40,336 nt of DNA, taken from IMG/VR virus record IMGVR_UViG_643348545_000005. The stretch is one strand, 5' to 3'. The stretch's first letter is position 1. Each line of letters starts with the position of its first letter. The DNA comes from a virus. Taxonomy: Duplodnaviria; Heunggongvirae; Uroviricota; Caudoviricetes. The notes beneath the pieces were generated by a model. That model was not told the DNA's origin, searched no databases, and worked only from the letters and a program-made list of their open reading frames with translations. Below, piece by piece: positions 1 to 10,091 of this stretch. A program made the translations under genes and the position numbers.

Positions 1-1293
<1,293 letters not shown>

Positions 1294-1317
1294 TACCCAA
1301 TTTTTCTGAATCTAAAA

Positions 1318-1337
1318 AGCGCCTGCGGGCGCTTTTC
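1318..1337 (+). terminator. Rho-independent terminator after serS
   Basis: GC-rich hairpin agcgcc-loop-ggcgct followed by a T-run, 25 nt after the serS stop. Confidence 0.6.
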
Positions 1338-1415
1338 GCATGAGGTTAATTAACTGAAAATAAAAGGGATTTATTTTCAGGTGTCCATATAATGCCCATC
1401 TTTGAAACAAAAAAA

Positions 1416-1448
1416 GCCCGCAGTTTTTACGCTGCGGGCTTTATTTTT
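1416..1448. terminator. Bidirectional hairpin terminator
   Basis: 8-bp stem gcccgcag/ctgcgggc flanked by an A-run upstream and a T-run downstream. Confidence 0.45.
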
Positions 1449-1840
1449 CTTTGTGACTTGCGTGTGAGGGTGCTACTTTCGGCCTTACCCTGACAACCGA
1501 TTGACGGGGGATTACTCCCCCGTCGCGGTTTCCTTACTGCTTACACTGTAAGAACGCCGCAAACTCCGCTCCCCAGATGTTCATCCGTATTTCACACAGC
1601 GAACCATGTAACATCCAGATGATGAGGATTGCCGTCACGCAGAACGTGATGGCCATAAGCGATTTTTGCGACATAGCGCTTGCTCCTTTGTTGGAGAGGC
1701 GCTAACCTGTCACTTGCTAAGGTTAGATGGTTAGGGCCTCGGGTTAACGTTTAAGTTGACTCGGGGCCTTTCCACATCCGGCCTTCAGGTAATCCTTCCA
1801 GCCGTCAGCCGAAAGGCACCCACGTGTAATCTACTGATTT
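1440..1840. repeat. hok/sok-like type I toxin-antitoxin locus, copy A (tandem with 1920-2320)
   Basis: About 400 bp segment that is roughly 80 percent identical by eye to 1920-2320; contains a small Hok-family ORF on the minus strand and a strong 3-prime hairpin (cgggggattactcccccg). Confidence 0.6.
1534..1674 (-). CDS. Hok/Gef-family small membrane toxin (46 aa), HokA-like
   Basis: My translation MSQKSLMAITFCVTAILIIWMLHGSLCEIRMNIWGAEFAAFLQCKQ has an N-terminal TM helix, the conserved SLCE-R cysteine motif and a C-terminal AAFL-C-K tail as in HokA. Below the ORF-track size cut-off. Confidence 0.6.
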   Translation of the reverse strand: MSQKSLMAITFCVTAILIIWMLHGSLCEIRMNIWGAEFAAFLQCKQ

Positions 1841-1919
1841 CCCTTTGTGCGCGCAATGCTCAGTGTTGAAACTGTTTAGGGGGAGGGCGGCAAAAAAGCC
1901 CGCATATTGCGGGCAAATA

Positions 1920-2320
1920 CGTCTGTAATCCAATGGAGAAAGGGGTGCCATATCGACTGCACCCGACAACCGGATAGCGGGGGCTTTCACCCCCGCTGCG
2001 GTTTCTTACTGTTTACACTGCAAGAACGCCGCAAATTCTGACCACATGATGTTAAGTCTGAACTCACACGGCGAACGGTGTATCATCCAGATGGCCAACA
2101 ACATGGTTAAGCATAAAATGCTCACGATGATCGTTTTTTGCGGCATAGCGCTTGACTCCTTTTACAGGGAGGCGCTAACCTTCCACTTGTCTAGGGTAGG
2201 AATGGTTAGGGCCTCGGGTTAAACAATATGTTTGACTCGGGGCCTTTCCACATCCGGCCTTCAGGTTTTCCTTCCAGCCGTCAGCCGAAAGGCACCCGCG
2301 CGTAATGTACTGGTTTTGAG
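1920..2320. repeat. hok/sok-like type I toxin-antitoxin locus, copy B
   Basis: Diverged tandem copy of 1440-1840 with its own Hok-like ORF and 3-prime hairpin (cgggggctttcacccccg); its right end lies inside the 3-prime end of the ogr ORF. Confidence 0.6.
2006..2146 (-). CDS. Hok/Gef-family small membrane toxin (46 aa), second copy
   Basis: My translation MPQKTIIVSILCLTMLLAIWMIHRSPCEFRLNIMWSEFAAFLQCKQ; same architecture as the copy A toxin. Confidence 0.55.
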   Translation of the reverse strand: MPQKTIIVSILCLTMLLAIWMIHRSPCEFRLNIMWSEFAAFLQCKQ

Positions 2321-2583
2321 GATATGCCGCAATCCTCCAGTTGTAGCGTTAACTGACTGCGTCCCTGATGGGATTTGCGCATTGTCTCCCGTGGAATATC
2401 TTTATCATGGAAGAGCAACTGAGGCTGGCCAATAATTCTGTGCACACTTTCCATTGTTGAAAATGTGGCGCTGCACTCAAGGTTATTGCACTGATAGTAT
2501 TTGTAGCGGATGGTGCCGGTATCATTGGCGGCTTTACTGGTACGGATCCGGGCAGATGCGCCGCAGAATGGACAATGAAACAT
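2281..2583 (-). CDS. ogr: Ogr/Delta late-gene transcriptional activator (zinc finger), with a C-terminal extension
   Basis: N-terminus MFHCPFCG...YYQCNNLECSATF carries the C4 zinc-finger of P2 Ogr; 100 aa versus about 72 aa for P2 Ogr because the ORF runs into the flanking repeat. Confidence 0.85.
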   Translation of the reverse strand: MFHCPFCGASARIRTSKAANDTGTIRYKYYQCNNLECSATFSTMESVHRIIGQPQLLFHDKDIPRETMRKSHQGRSQLTLQLEDCGISSKPVHYARVPFG

Positions 2584-2627
2584 TGATATACCCCCCTGGC
2601 TGAACTGGGGTTGAACTCGTCGCCATT

Positions 2628-3752
2628 CTAACCATTGCTTTCCTTTTCAGCTATCCACTCGGGTATTCTTGCCTCCAGTTCAAGCCTTGTGGTGAAGCCG
2701 CTTCCGTCGATATTGTGTTCCACTTTTGCAATGAGCCAGTCCTGATTGTCTATCTCGGTTTTAAAGCCGGTTACCGTGCCATGCATTTCCGGGTAAAGCT
2801 CCGCTCTGCCCCGGGCCAGCGTGATGGAGAATTCAGCCGCACCGCGCTGTAATTGCTGCCACCTGGCGGCAGCTGCGCGCTGTGCAGCAATTTCATTTGG
2901 GTAGGTTTTTCTCAGAACGAACACGTTACCTTCTGCCCCCTCCATGTAGCTGCCTTCCCGGCTGCTGCTCTTTTCAGCGTGAGTTTTTCGTTTTTTTATG
3001 TTGACGGCTTTCTTTTTGCCATGATTCAAATCCAGCCAGTACGCCTTCACCCCTGTGTATGCCTGGCGATCGGCTATTCTGAACTGGTGACTGTCTCCGT
3101 CACTGCGTGCCAGTGCAAATGAGGGGAGTGGGCGCCCGTCAGCTGTCACGCCGCCACCCGGCAGAATGAACAGCAGACAGCCATTTTTGACGGTAGTGAT
3201 GGCTCCCAGCATATCAGCCATGCGGGTAAGGAATGACATGTCGCTTTCTTCCGTCTGGTCGGCATGATCGATTTCAATATCCATAAGCATATCGCTTATC
3301 TGGGCTTTCAGTCCGTAACGGTGGGCAATAGCGGAAACCACGCGTTCAACAGTCACGCCGTGCCAGGATACTTCCCGTTTGACGTTAAATTCCTCCCTGA
3401 AGTCTGCGCTGTTTGCACTCAGTGTCAGCCGATCCGGAGGTCCTTCATGAGCGACCTCATCAACAATGTAGGTGCCTTTATCAACCAGAGGCTCTCCCTT
3501 CCATCCCAGCATGACTCTGATGTGTGTTCCCCGCCCGGGGAGAGCCAGCTGCCCGTCGGCATCATCCAGCACAAGAGTGACCCTGTCTGCTTCAAACCCC
3601 CGGTTGTCTGTCATGGAAAGCGATATCACCCGGTTATTCAGTTCCTGAAGAGTGTTTTTATCCTGCTCCCTGTCCAGTGAAACGCTGAAATCAGGCATTT
3701 TCACCAGTTCTTTCAGGGGGGAATAAACCGTGTTACCGTTCAGCAATACCAT
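2628..3752 (-). CDS. D: Tail protein D (late control gene D family)
   Basis: Translation from MVLLNGNTV matches P2 gpD along its length (TDNRGFEAD, SADFR, FLTRMA, GGMTS motifs). Start moved to the ATG at 3752, which has a GGAGG RBS; the track ORF extends further upstream. Confidence 0.85.
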   Translation of the reverse strand: MVLLNGNTVYSPLKELVKMPDFSVSLDREQDKNTLQELNNRVISLSMTDNRGFEADRVTLVLDDADGQLALPGRGTHIRVMLGWKGEPLVDKGTYIVDEVAHEGPPDRLTLSANSADFREEFNVKREVSWHGVTVERVVSAIAHRYGLKAQISDMLMDIEIDHADQTEESDMSFLTRMADMLGAITTVKNGCLLFILPGGGVTADGRPLPSFALARSDGDSHQFRIADRQAYTGVKAYWLDLNHGKKKAVNIKKRKTHAEKSSSREGSYMEGAEGNVFVLRKTYPNEIAAQRAAAARWQQLQRGAAEFSITLARGRAELYPEMHGTVTGFKTEIDNQDWLIAKVEHNIDGSGFTTRLELEARIPEWIAEKESNG

Positions 3753-3906
3753 AATTCCTCCGTTTTTCCCGCCACAGTTGCATACCAGAAACACCACCGG
3801 AATGAGTTTGGGTTGTATGTGTATTGCGAGAAACCGCAGTTCGTGAAAAAGCTCCCCGTGTTCGTAAAGATCTCTGCTGAACTCACACGAATGCAGGGTG
3901 AATAAT

Positions 3907-5094
3907 ATGGCTGAAACCCGTTTCCATGGCGTGCGGGTCCGGGAGAATGCGGATCTGGTCACGGCCATTAATGATATTGACTCCAGTGTGATTGGTATCG
4001 TGGCTGTTGCTGATGATGCTGATGCAAAAACATTTCCGCTGGATAAGCCGGTGCTCCTGACGCGCGTTATGGATGTGCTGGGTAAGGCCGGGAAAACCGG
4101 CACGCTGTACAAAAGTCTGAAAGCTATTGCCGATCAGGTCAGCACCAGAGTTGTTGTGGTGCGGGTTGCTGCTGCGAAGGAGGGGGATGGTCAGCCGACA
4201 CAAACGCAGCTTGTTATTGGTGAGGTCAAAAATGACGGAACCTATACAGGCATGCAGGCGCTCCTGGTGGCTGAACAGAATGAGGCTGTTGGTGTTCGTC
4301 CCAGGATCCTGGCCGTGCCATCGCTTGACACCAAAGAGGTGGTGGCGGCACTGGTAACCGTCGCGAAAAAGCTGCGTGCCTTTGTGTATGCGGGCTGTCC
4401 CGGCTGTAATACCGTGCAGGAGGCTGTTACCTGGCGCGCCGATCTTGCTCACCGTGAAGTTATGCTGATCTGGCCTGATTTTATCGCGTACAACCCTAAC
4501 AGTGGCCAGAATGAGGCTTTTCCTGCATCTGCGTATGCGTGCGGGTTGCGTGCGAAGATTGACCACGAGCAGGGCTGGCATAAATCCCTGTCCAATGTGG
4601 CAGTGAATAATGTCCTGGGTATTTCTGTGCCGGTGTTCTGGTCGCTCCAGGCAGAGGACAGTGACGCGGAAACCCTCAATGACAAGGAGATCACCACACT
4701 CATTAAACGTAACGGCTTCCGTTTCTGGGGTAACCGGACTCTCGACACCACTACCTACACCTTTGAGACCTACACGCGTACGGCGCAGTCGCTGGCGGAT
4801 ACCATCGCCGAATCGCAGTTTGAAACCGTGGACAAGCCGCTGACGCCGTCGAACGTGAAGGATGTGTTAAGCGATATCCGGGCAAAACTGAGTGCCCTTG
4901 TGACAGCGGGTAAACTTATCGGGGCAGAGTGCTGGTATGACGTGGTGGATAACGGCACAACGGATCTGCGTCAGGGGATTGTGCGGATCCGCTACAGATA
5001 TACGCCGGTACCACCGCTTGAAGATCTGGAGCTTCACCAGACGTTTACTGATGAGTTCTTTGACGGTGCATTTGCATCACTGGGAGGTGAGTAA
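3907..5094 (+). CDS. FI: Contractile tail sheath protein
   Basis: Strong similarity to P2 FI (KPVL, DTKEV, KLRAF, WPDF, IDHEQGWHK, GFRFWGNRT, YTPVPPLE). ATG at 3907 has an AGGGTG RBS; the track start at 3898 is a GTG. Confidence 0.9.
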   Translation: MAETRFHGVRVRENADLVTAINDIDSSVIGIVAVADDADAKTFPLDKPVLLTRVMDVLGKAGKTGTLYKSLKAIADQVSTRVVVVRVAAAKEGDGQPTQTQLVIGEVKNDGTYTGMQALLVAEQNEAVGVRPRILAVPSLDTKEVVAALVTVAKKLRAFVYAGCPGCNTVQEAVTWRADLAHREVMLIWPDFIAYNPNSGQNEAFPASAYACGLRAKIDHEQGWHKSLSNVAVNNVLGISVPVFWSLQAEDSDAETLNDKEITTLIKRNGFRFWGNRTLDTTTYTFETYTRTAQSLADTIAESQFETVDKPLTPSNVKDVLSDIRAKLSALVTAGKLIGAECWYDVVDNGTTDLRQGIVRIRYRYTPVPPLEDLELHQTFTDEFFDGAFASLGGE

Positions 5095-5603
5095 TGGCGG
5101 TACCAAACAAACTTCGCGTTTTCACGGTGTACATCGATGGCGAAAACAAGCTGGGGCGGGTGACGTCCTTCACGCCGCCTAAACTGACCCGAAAAACGGA
5201 GTCCTTCCGTGGTGCCGGGATGCCCGGCAGTGTTTCCGTCGACTTTGGTCTTGATGATGGTGCACTGGATCTCTCTTTTGCGGTAGGCGGCGCAGATGCC
5301 CACCTTTTCTCCCGTTATGCCGGGTCACTTGATGAAGTCCGTCTTCGCTTTTCCGGTGAGTACTATTCGGATGCGGATATCAGATATGTGGATATTGAGG
5401 TCCGCGGGCGCATCACTGAAATCGATATGGGGGAGGCGAAGCAGGGTGAAGACACTGAGCACAGTTATTCGATGAAAAACACCTGGTACAGACTGAGTGT
5501 GGACGATCTGGAAAAAATCGAATTTGATGTGCTGAATTTTATCTGGCGCATTGACGGTAAGGATGTGCTGCCGGATCGCACCCGCTCGATGCTGGGCTTC
5601 TGA
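5094..5603 (+). CDS. FII: Tail tube protein
   Basis: FTPPKLTRK...FRGAGM motif of P2 FII; ATG overlaps the sheath stop; GGGAGG RBS. Confidence 0.9.
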   Translation: MAVPNKLRVFTVYIDGENKLGRVTSFTPPKLTRKTESFRGAGMPGSVSVDFGLDDGALDLSFAVGGADAHLFSRYAGSLDEVRLRFSGEYYSDADIRYVDIEVRGRITEIDMGEAKQGEDTEHSYSMKNTWYRLSVDDLEKIEFDVLNFIWRIDGKDVLPDRTRSMLGF

Positions 5604-5650
5604 TGATGGTTTAACAGAGAACGGCGGGGATCCCGCCGTGGAGACTGAAA

Positions 5651-6040
5651 ATGGATAAAGAAACGGAAATGGCCACTGGCACTGCCGTCAGTAACGGGGA
5701 GGCTTCCGCGGTGGCAGTTGCCGCTACGGCTGCACCTAAGAACGTGGTGAAGCTGACGGTGCCTGTTGTGCGCGGAGATGTGTCGTACAGTGAAATTAAA
5801 ATCGGACCGCTGGCGAATCAGGCCGGATCGCTGCGTGGGCTGTCTTTGCTTGCGCTTTACAACATGAACTGTGATGCCATGGTCACCTGGCTTGCGCGTG
5901 TGACAGAGCCAAAACTCAAGGAGGCCGAAATGTATGCCATGAATACGGCGGATTTTACGGCGCTGAGCTCGGCGGCGGTTAATTTTTTCGCACCCTCGGG
6001 GTCGAATGCACCGGCACCGGAGAACACGGCAGAGCCGTAA
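5651..6040 (+). CDS. E: Tail assembly chaperone E
   Basis: Position between tube and tape measure; GGAG RBS; contains a slippery heptamer near its 3-prime end. Confidence 0.7.
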   Translation: MDKETEMATGTAVSNGEASAVAVAATAAPKNVVKLTVPVVRGDVSYSEIKIGPLANQAGSLRGLSLLALYNMNCDAMVTWLARVTEPKLKEAEMYAMNTADFTALSSAAVNFFAPSGSNAPAPENTAEP

Positions 6041-6198
6041 CCTGTCTTTGCTTTGACTGCATTGAAGATCCCGTTGCGGATATTGCTGTTATTTTTAACT
6101 GGCCGCCCGCAGAGATATTTGCAATGACGCCTGCAGAGGTGGTCGCCTGGCGTGAGCGGGCGGCTGCCAGAAGCGGAAGTCACAATCATGATGAATAA
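5651..6198 (+). CDS. Tail assembly chaperone E+E-prime (frameshift product)
   Basis: E frame to 5989, then the -1 frame to the TAA at 6196-6198, overlapping the start of T; analogous to P2 E/E-prime and lambda G/GT. Confidence 0.5.
5983..5989 (+). other. Programmed -1 ribosomal frameshift site (T TTT TTC) for E/E-prime
   Basis: Heptamer TTTTTTC in the E frame; the -1 frame continues to 6198 and encodes ...NWPPAEIFAMTPAEVVAWRERAAARSG. Confidence 0.55.
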
Positions 6199-8980
6199 TC
6201 TGCATATCAGGGTTGCTCTGGCGGCGGCAGACACCCTGACACAACCTCTCAGGCGCGCCCGCGAAACCGTGGGCGCGCTTTCTGATTCCCTCCGTGAAAC
6301 TCAGGACTCCATCCGCTCGCTTGAACGGCAGAGTGAAGCCTTTGCTGCGGCACAGACTAAATTTGACGAAGCCACCCGGAAAATTGCCGCTGTTCAGCAG
6401 CAACTGAACCGTCTGCAGCAGGCGGAGCGTGAGGGTACCGTGCTCAGTGAACGGCAGCGTGAAATGATGGCTTCGCTGACCACCCGGCTTGAACGTCTGA
6501 ACCGGGTGAGGGATGTACATCAGCGACGCCTGGAGGATTCTCGCCGGGAGCTGGAGAGACACGGTATTGCCGCAGAGGGCAGCAGTCAGACCATACAGGC
6601 AGCCATTCGCCGGACGGCAGAGTATAACGAAGCGCTGGCGCGACAGCGGCAGGCACTCGCACAGGTGACCCGTGCACAGCAACGCTATGAACAGGCGCAG
6701 GAGCGACTCGGGCGGATACGTAATGCCGGTGCGGCGGCACTGGCTGCCGGTGCAGCAGGACTTTACGCTGGCGGGCGTGCCGTTGCGCCGGTGATGGATC
6801 TCCAGCGTCATGGTGCCGTCATTGCGGCTCAGGCAGGAGAGGGCGCGTCAGATGCCGTGGGGTATACCGGGGTTATAAACCACATGGTTCATACCGGTAT
6901 CACACCGGATGCACAACTGGCGGCTGAAGCTGTGGGTGCTGTCCGCTCCACGCTGGGTGGGCTGGGGGCGGTTAGTGAGAATGAACTGACCCGAATCACC
7001 CGAAAAATGCTGGATATGCAGGCCGTGATGGGGGGCGATATCCCGCAGCACATTCAGGCGGCTGCCATCATGATCAAAAACGGTCTTGCACGCAGCAGTG
7101 ACGAGGCGGTTGATCTGATGGTGGCGGGCATGCAGCGCATGGGGCCGGTTATGCGCGATGAGCTGCCTGAGATCCTTCACGAATATTCGACCCATTTTCG
7201 TAACATGGGGCTGACAGGGTCGGAAACCATGACGCTCCTTGCGGATATGGCGCAGCAGGGGAAGTTTGCGCTGGATAAAACCGGCGATGCCATCAAGGAG
7301 TTCAGTATTCGCGGCTCCGATATGTCAAAGGCGAGTGCTGAAGCGTATGCGCTTATCGGGCTGGATGCAGCCAGGATGTCATCGGCTGTAGCCAGTGGTG
7401 GAACGGCTGCACGGGCTGCGCTGCAGAAAACAGCCTCGGGTCTGTTGCAGATCGTCGATCCGGCTGAGCGGGCCAATGCGGCCATCGCACTTTTTGGTAC
7501 ACCGGTTGAAGATCTGTCTGTCGATCAAATCCCTGCCTTTCTTGGCGCGCTGGCGCGGGTGTCTGACCGTATGGCTGACGTGTCTGGTGTGGCGGACCGG
7601 ATGGGGCAAACCCTGCGTGACAATCTGAGTGGTGATGTGGCGCGGCTTACCGGGACGTTCAGCGCGCTGAGAAGTGGGATTATCGGGGAGATTACGGACG
7701 ATCTGCGTGGGCTTGTCCGGATGGCCACAGCGTGGGGTGAGCGTCTGCAGGCGTGGGTGAATGCGCATCCGGAACTGGTGCGAATGATTGCGCTGACGAC
7801 GGGAGCGGTGCTGGCGTTAACCACAGCGATGGGGGCGTTGTCCGTTGCGGCCTGGATGGTTGTCGCACCGTTACTGAAACTGCGTCTGGGGCTTGCCCTG
7901 CTTCGCGCGATCCCGGCCGGACTCTCCGTTGCCGGTACGCTGTTTGGCGGACTGACGGGTGTGATTTCAGCCGTGGGGGCTGCGCTTGGGGCGCTGACCT
8001 GGCCGGTTGTGGTGGCGGTGGGAGCCCTGGTCGGTGGTGCTCTGCTGGTCTGGCGCTACTGGGATCGGGTCAGGGCGTTTGTGAGCGGATTTATTGAAGG
8101 GGTACAGTCAGCACTGGCGCCCTTCATGGCGACAGCCTCCCGTTTTGCGCCGCTGCTGGATCTGGTTTCAGGGGCACTGTCCCGTATTCTGGGATGGTTT
8201 AAATCCCTGTTAACGCCGGTCTCCTCCACGCGTGATTTGCTTGAGCAGTGCACCTCTGCCGGGCAGATGTTCGGGAGTACTCTGGCCGGTGCGTTAGCCA
8301 CGGTTTTTTCGCCCCTGAAAGCTCTGATTGACGGTCTGGCGTGGGTGCTGGAAAAACTCGGTGTTCTGCCCGGTGAAGCTGAGCGGGTTAAGCGAAAACT
8401 GGATGAGGCCCGTAAAACGCCGGTGGCGTGGGAGTGGGATCCGGAACAGAAAAAAATGGTTCAGAAGGCGTGGCACTGGTCGCCTCCTGGTGGGGCCAGT
8501 GTGCCTTCCGGCGCCTCCGGTACACAGCCTCCGCCGGTGGCGCTCCCTGCGGGGATAGCGCCGGACGGTAACCGTAACGTTCTCCGTCACCTGAAAGGCA
8601 TTGAGGGGAATACCGGTGGTCTGCTGGCTGAAAACCGTAAACGTATCGGACCCGGAGATATTGTGTTTAAACATCTTCCACGGGCGCTGGCGGTCCGGGG
8701 GCAGTGGCATGAACCTGTCGTTGCGCCGTCTTCCGGCGGAATGCGCGCGCTGCCACAGGAGGAGATTCAGGTGCAGCAATGGCCGACGGCACGCCCGGCG
8801 CCACGAATGCACCAGCAGGAAACCTTCGCCAGCGCCTTTCAGGGGGAGATACATGTGCATCTTCACGGGGTGAGTTCGCATAATCCCCGGGAACTGGCGC
8901 GCATGGTTGGTGACGCTGTCAGGGCGGAAATGAACAGAATGGCACGTGCCGGAACCGGCAGCTTCCGCGATCGCGACTGA
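6188..8980 (+). CDS. T: Tail tape measure protein
   Basis: About 930 aa, coiled-coil rich N-terminus and hydrophobic Gly/Ala-rich middle, typical of tape measure; sits between E and U. Start set at the ATGATG at 6188. Confidence 0.85.
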   Translation: MMNNLHIRVALAAADTLTQPLRRARETVGALSDSLRETQDSIRSLERQSEAFAAAQTKFDEATRKIAAVQQQLNRLQQAEREGTVLSERQREMMASLTTRLERLNRVRDVHQRRLEDSRRELERHGIAAEGSSQTIQAAIRRTAEYNEALARQRQALAQVTRAQQRYEQAQERLGRIRNAGAAALAAGAAGLYAGGRAVAPVMDLQRHGAVIAAQAGEGASDAVGYTGVINHMVHTGITPDAQLAAEAVGAVRSTLGGLGAVSENELTRITRKMLDMQAVMGGDIPQHIQAAAIMIKNGLARSSDEAVDLMVAGMQRMGPVMRDELPEILHEYSTHFRNMGLTGSETMTLLADMAQQGKFALDKTGDAIKEFSIRGSDMSKASAEAYALIGLDAARMSSAVASGGTAARAALQKTASGLLQIVDPAERANAAIALFGTPVEDLSVDQIPAFLGALARVSDRMADVSGVADRMGQTLRDNLSGDVARLTGTFSALRSGIIGEITDDLRGLVRMATAWGERLQAWVNAHPELVRMIALTTGAVLALTTAMGALSVAAWMVVAPLLKLRLGLALLRAIPAGLSVAGTLFGGLTGVISAVGAALGALTWPVVVAVGALVGGALLVWRYWDRVRAFVSGFIEGVQSALAPFMATASRFAPLLDLVSGALSRILGWFKSLLTPVSSTRDLLEQCTSAGQMFGSTLAGALATVFSPLKALIDGLAWVLEKLGVLPGEAERVKRKLDEARKTPVAWEWDPEQKKMVQKAWHWSPPGGASVPSGASGTQPPPVALPAGIAPDGNRNVLRHLKGIEGNTGGLLAENRKRIGPGDIVFKHLPRALAVRGQWHEPVVAPSSGGMRALPQEEIQVQQWPTARPAPRMHQQETFASAFQGEIHVHLHGVSSHNPRELARMVGDAVRAEMNRMARAGTGSFRDRD

Positions 8981-8990
8981 GGTGAAAAAG

Positions 8991-9482
8991 ATGATGATGA
9001 TTTATGGGATGTTTGTGTTTCAGTTAAGTACCCTGCCGCATCAGCAGGTGGAACAGAGTAAACGCTGGCGACACGTCAGTAATGAACGGGTTAACCGTTC
9101 ATCCTCCTGGCAGTATATTGGCTCTGGTGAAGATCACATCACGATGTCCGGTGTGCTCTGTCCGGAAATCACCGGCGGGGAGGTGTCACTGACTGCCCTG
9201 AACACCCTGGCCTACACAGGATTACCCTGGCCACTGATTGATGGTGTCGGACAGATTTACGGGATGTATGTCATTACGGAAATCAGGACCACCCGTCAGG
9301 AGCTGGATCGCTATGGCATGGCCCGCAAAATTGAGTTCACTGTCAGCTTTCAGCGATGCAATGAAGATCTGCGTGAGCGTCTTCAGTCGGGCTCGGTGGG
9401 TGATCTGATGGCAGGATTAAAAAACAGCGCGTCGTCGGCCCTGTCGTCGGCGTCCTCTGCGCTGTCTGGTCTCATGTTGTGA
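8991..9482 (+). CDS. U: Tail protein U
   Basis: MMMIYGMFVFQLSTLP...WRH...GPGED...LTGG matches the P2 gpU N-terminus; GAGGTG RBS. Confidence 0.85.
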   Translation: MMMIYGMFVFQLSTLPHQQVEQSKRWRHVSNERVNRSSSWQYIGSGEDHITMSGVLCPEITGGEVSLTALNTLAYTGLPWPLIDGVGQIYGMYVITEIRTTRQELDRYGMARKIEFTVSFQRCNEDLRERLQSGSVGDLMAGLKNSASSALSSASSALSGLML

Positions 9483-9492
9483 AGGTCACTGT

Positions 9493-10080
9493 TCAGGCTT
9501 CGGCTTCTTTTCCCCAGCCAACCTTATAGTCCAGAATCGCCGCCGTATCGTTCAGGGCGGCGATCTCTTTTTTCATGTTACGCTGGCGAATGTGAATTTC
9601 CATCCCTTTGGCAAACAGGGCTTTTGCGGCTGCATCGCTGAGGGCAATCAGCTCATCAGCAGAAACAGGAACATCGTTGTTCTGTGCATCAGTCCAGAAA
9701 AAATCCAGCGGCAGGATCCCCGCTTTTGCGGCAGCAACGGAAGGCTCAAGGCGGGCCTGCGTTGACTTCCCGTAGTCCCATTTCCGGCCGTTATGTTCAA
9801 AGGTGTAACTCGCCGCTTCCATCGCATTACGCCAGGTGTTGATTTCGTCGTTTTTCAGGCGTCTGGCGTTTTCCCTGTCAGTGTCGTTTTCCTGGTATTC
9901 AGATACAGGGCCGTGATTTCCTGCTTTCAGTTCGCCCCAGAGTTTTTTGCCGTGTGGCGAGTTGTCATATTCGGTTGCCGTATAGGGCAGCCAGCTCTCC
10001 TCCCCTTCAAACTGGATCTCACAGTCGATAGTGCCGTCACGGTTATAAGCGGCATTTCTTGCTGATTTGATTGTGTGCAT
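9493..10080 (-). CDS. G: Tail fibre assembly protein
   Basis: Tfa-like protein immediately downstream of the tail fibre gene; stop codon only 10 bp from the U stop (convergent). Confidence 0.8.
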   Translation of the reverse strand: MHTIKSARNAAYNRDGTIDCEIQFEGEESWLPYTATEYDNSPHGKKLWGELKAGNHGPVSEYQENDTDRENARRLKNDEINTWRNAMEAASYTFEHNGRKWDYGKSTQARLEPSVAAAKAGILPLDFFWTDAQNNDVPVSADELIALSDAAAKALFAKGMEIHIRQRNMKKEIAALNDTAAILDYKVGWGKEAEA

Positions 10081-10091
10081 GAGTCTCTCCG

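Noticed and set aside
1294-2280. tRNA gene as the prophage attachment site
   Set aside because: No cloverleaf-compatible sequence or conserved T-loop or anticodon-arm features seen; the region is explained by terminators and hok-like loci.
3883-4581. Long minus-strand ORF (232 aa) in the ORF track
   Set aside because: Lies entirely antisense within the well-supported tail sheath gene; odd composition.
6095-6811. Minus-strand ORF (238 aa) overlapping E-prime and T
   Set aside because: Antisense to the tape measure gene in a GC-rich region where spurious ORFs are common; Cys/Arg-rich translation.
9483-9492. Expected variable cargo locus (Z/fun position) next to the tail fibre assembly gene
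   Set aside because: Only 10 bp separate the U and G stop codons and only 154 bp separate D and FI, so there is no cargo at this position in this prophage.
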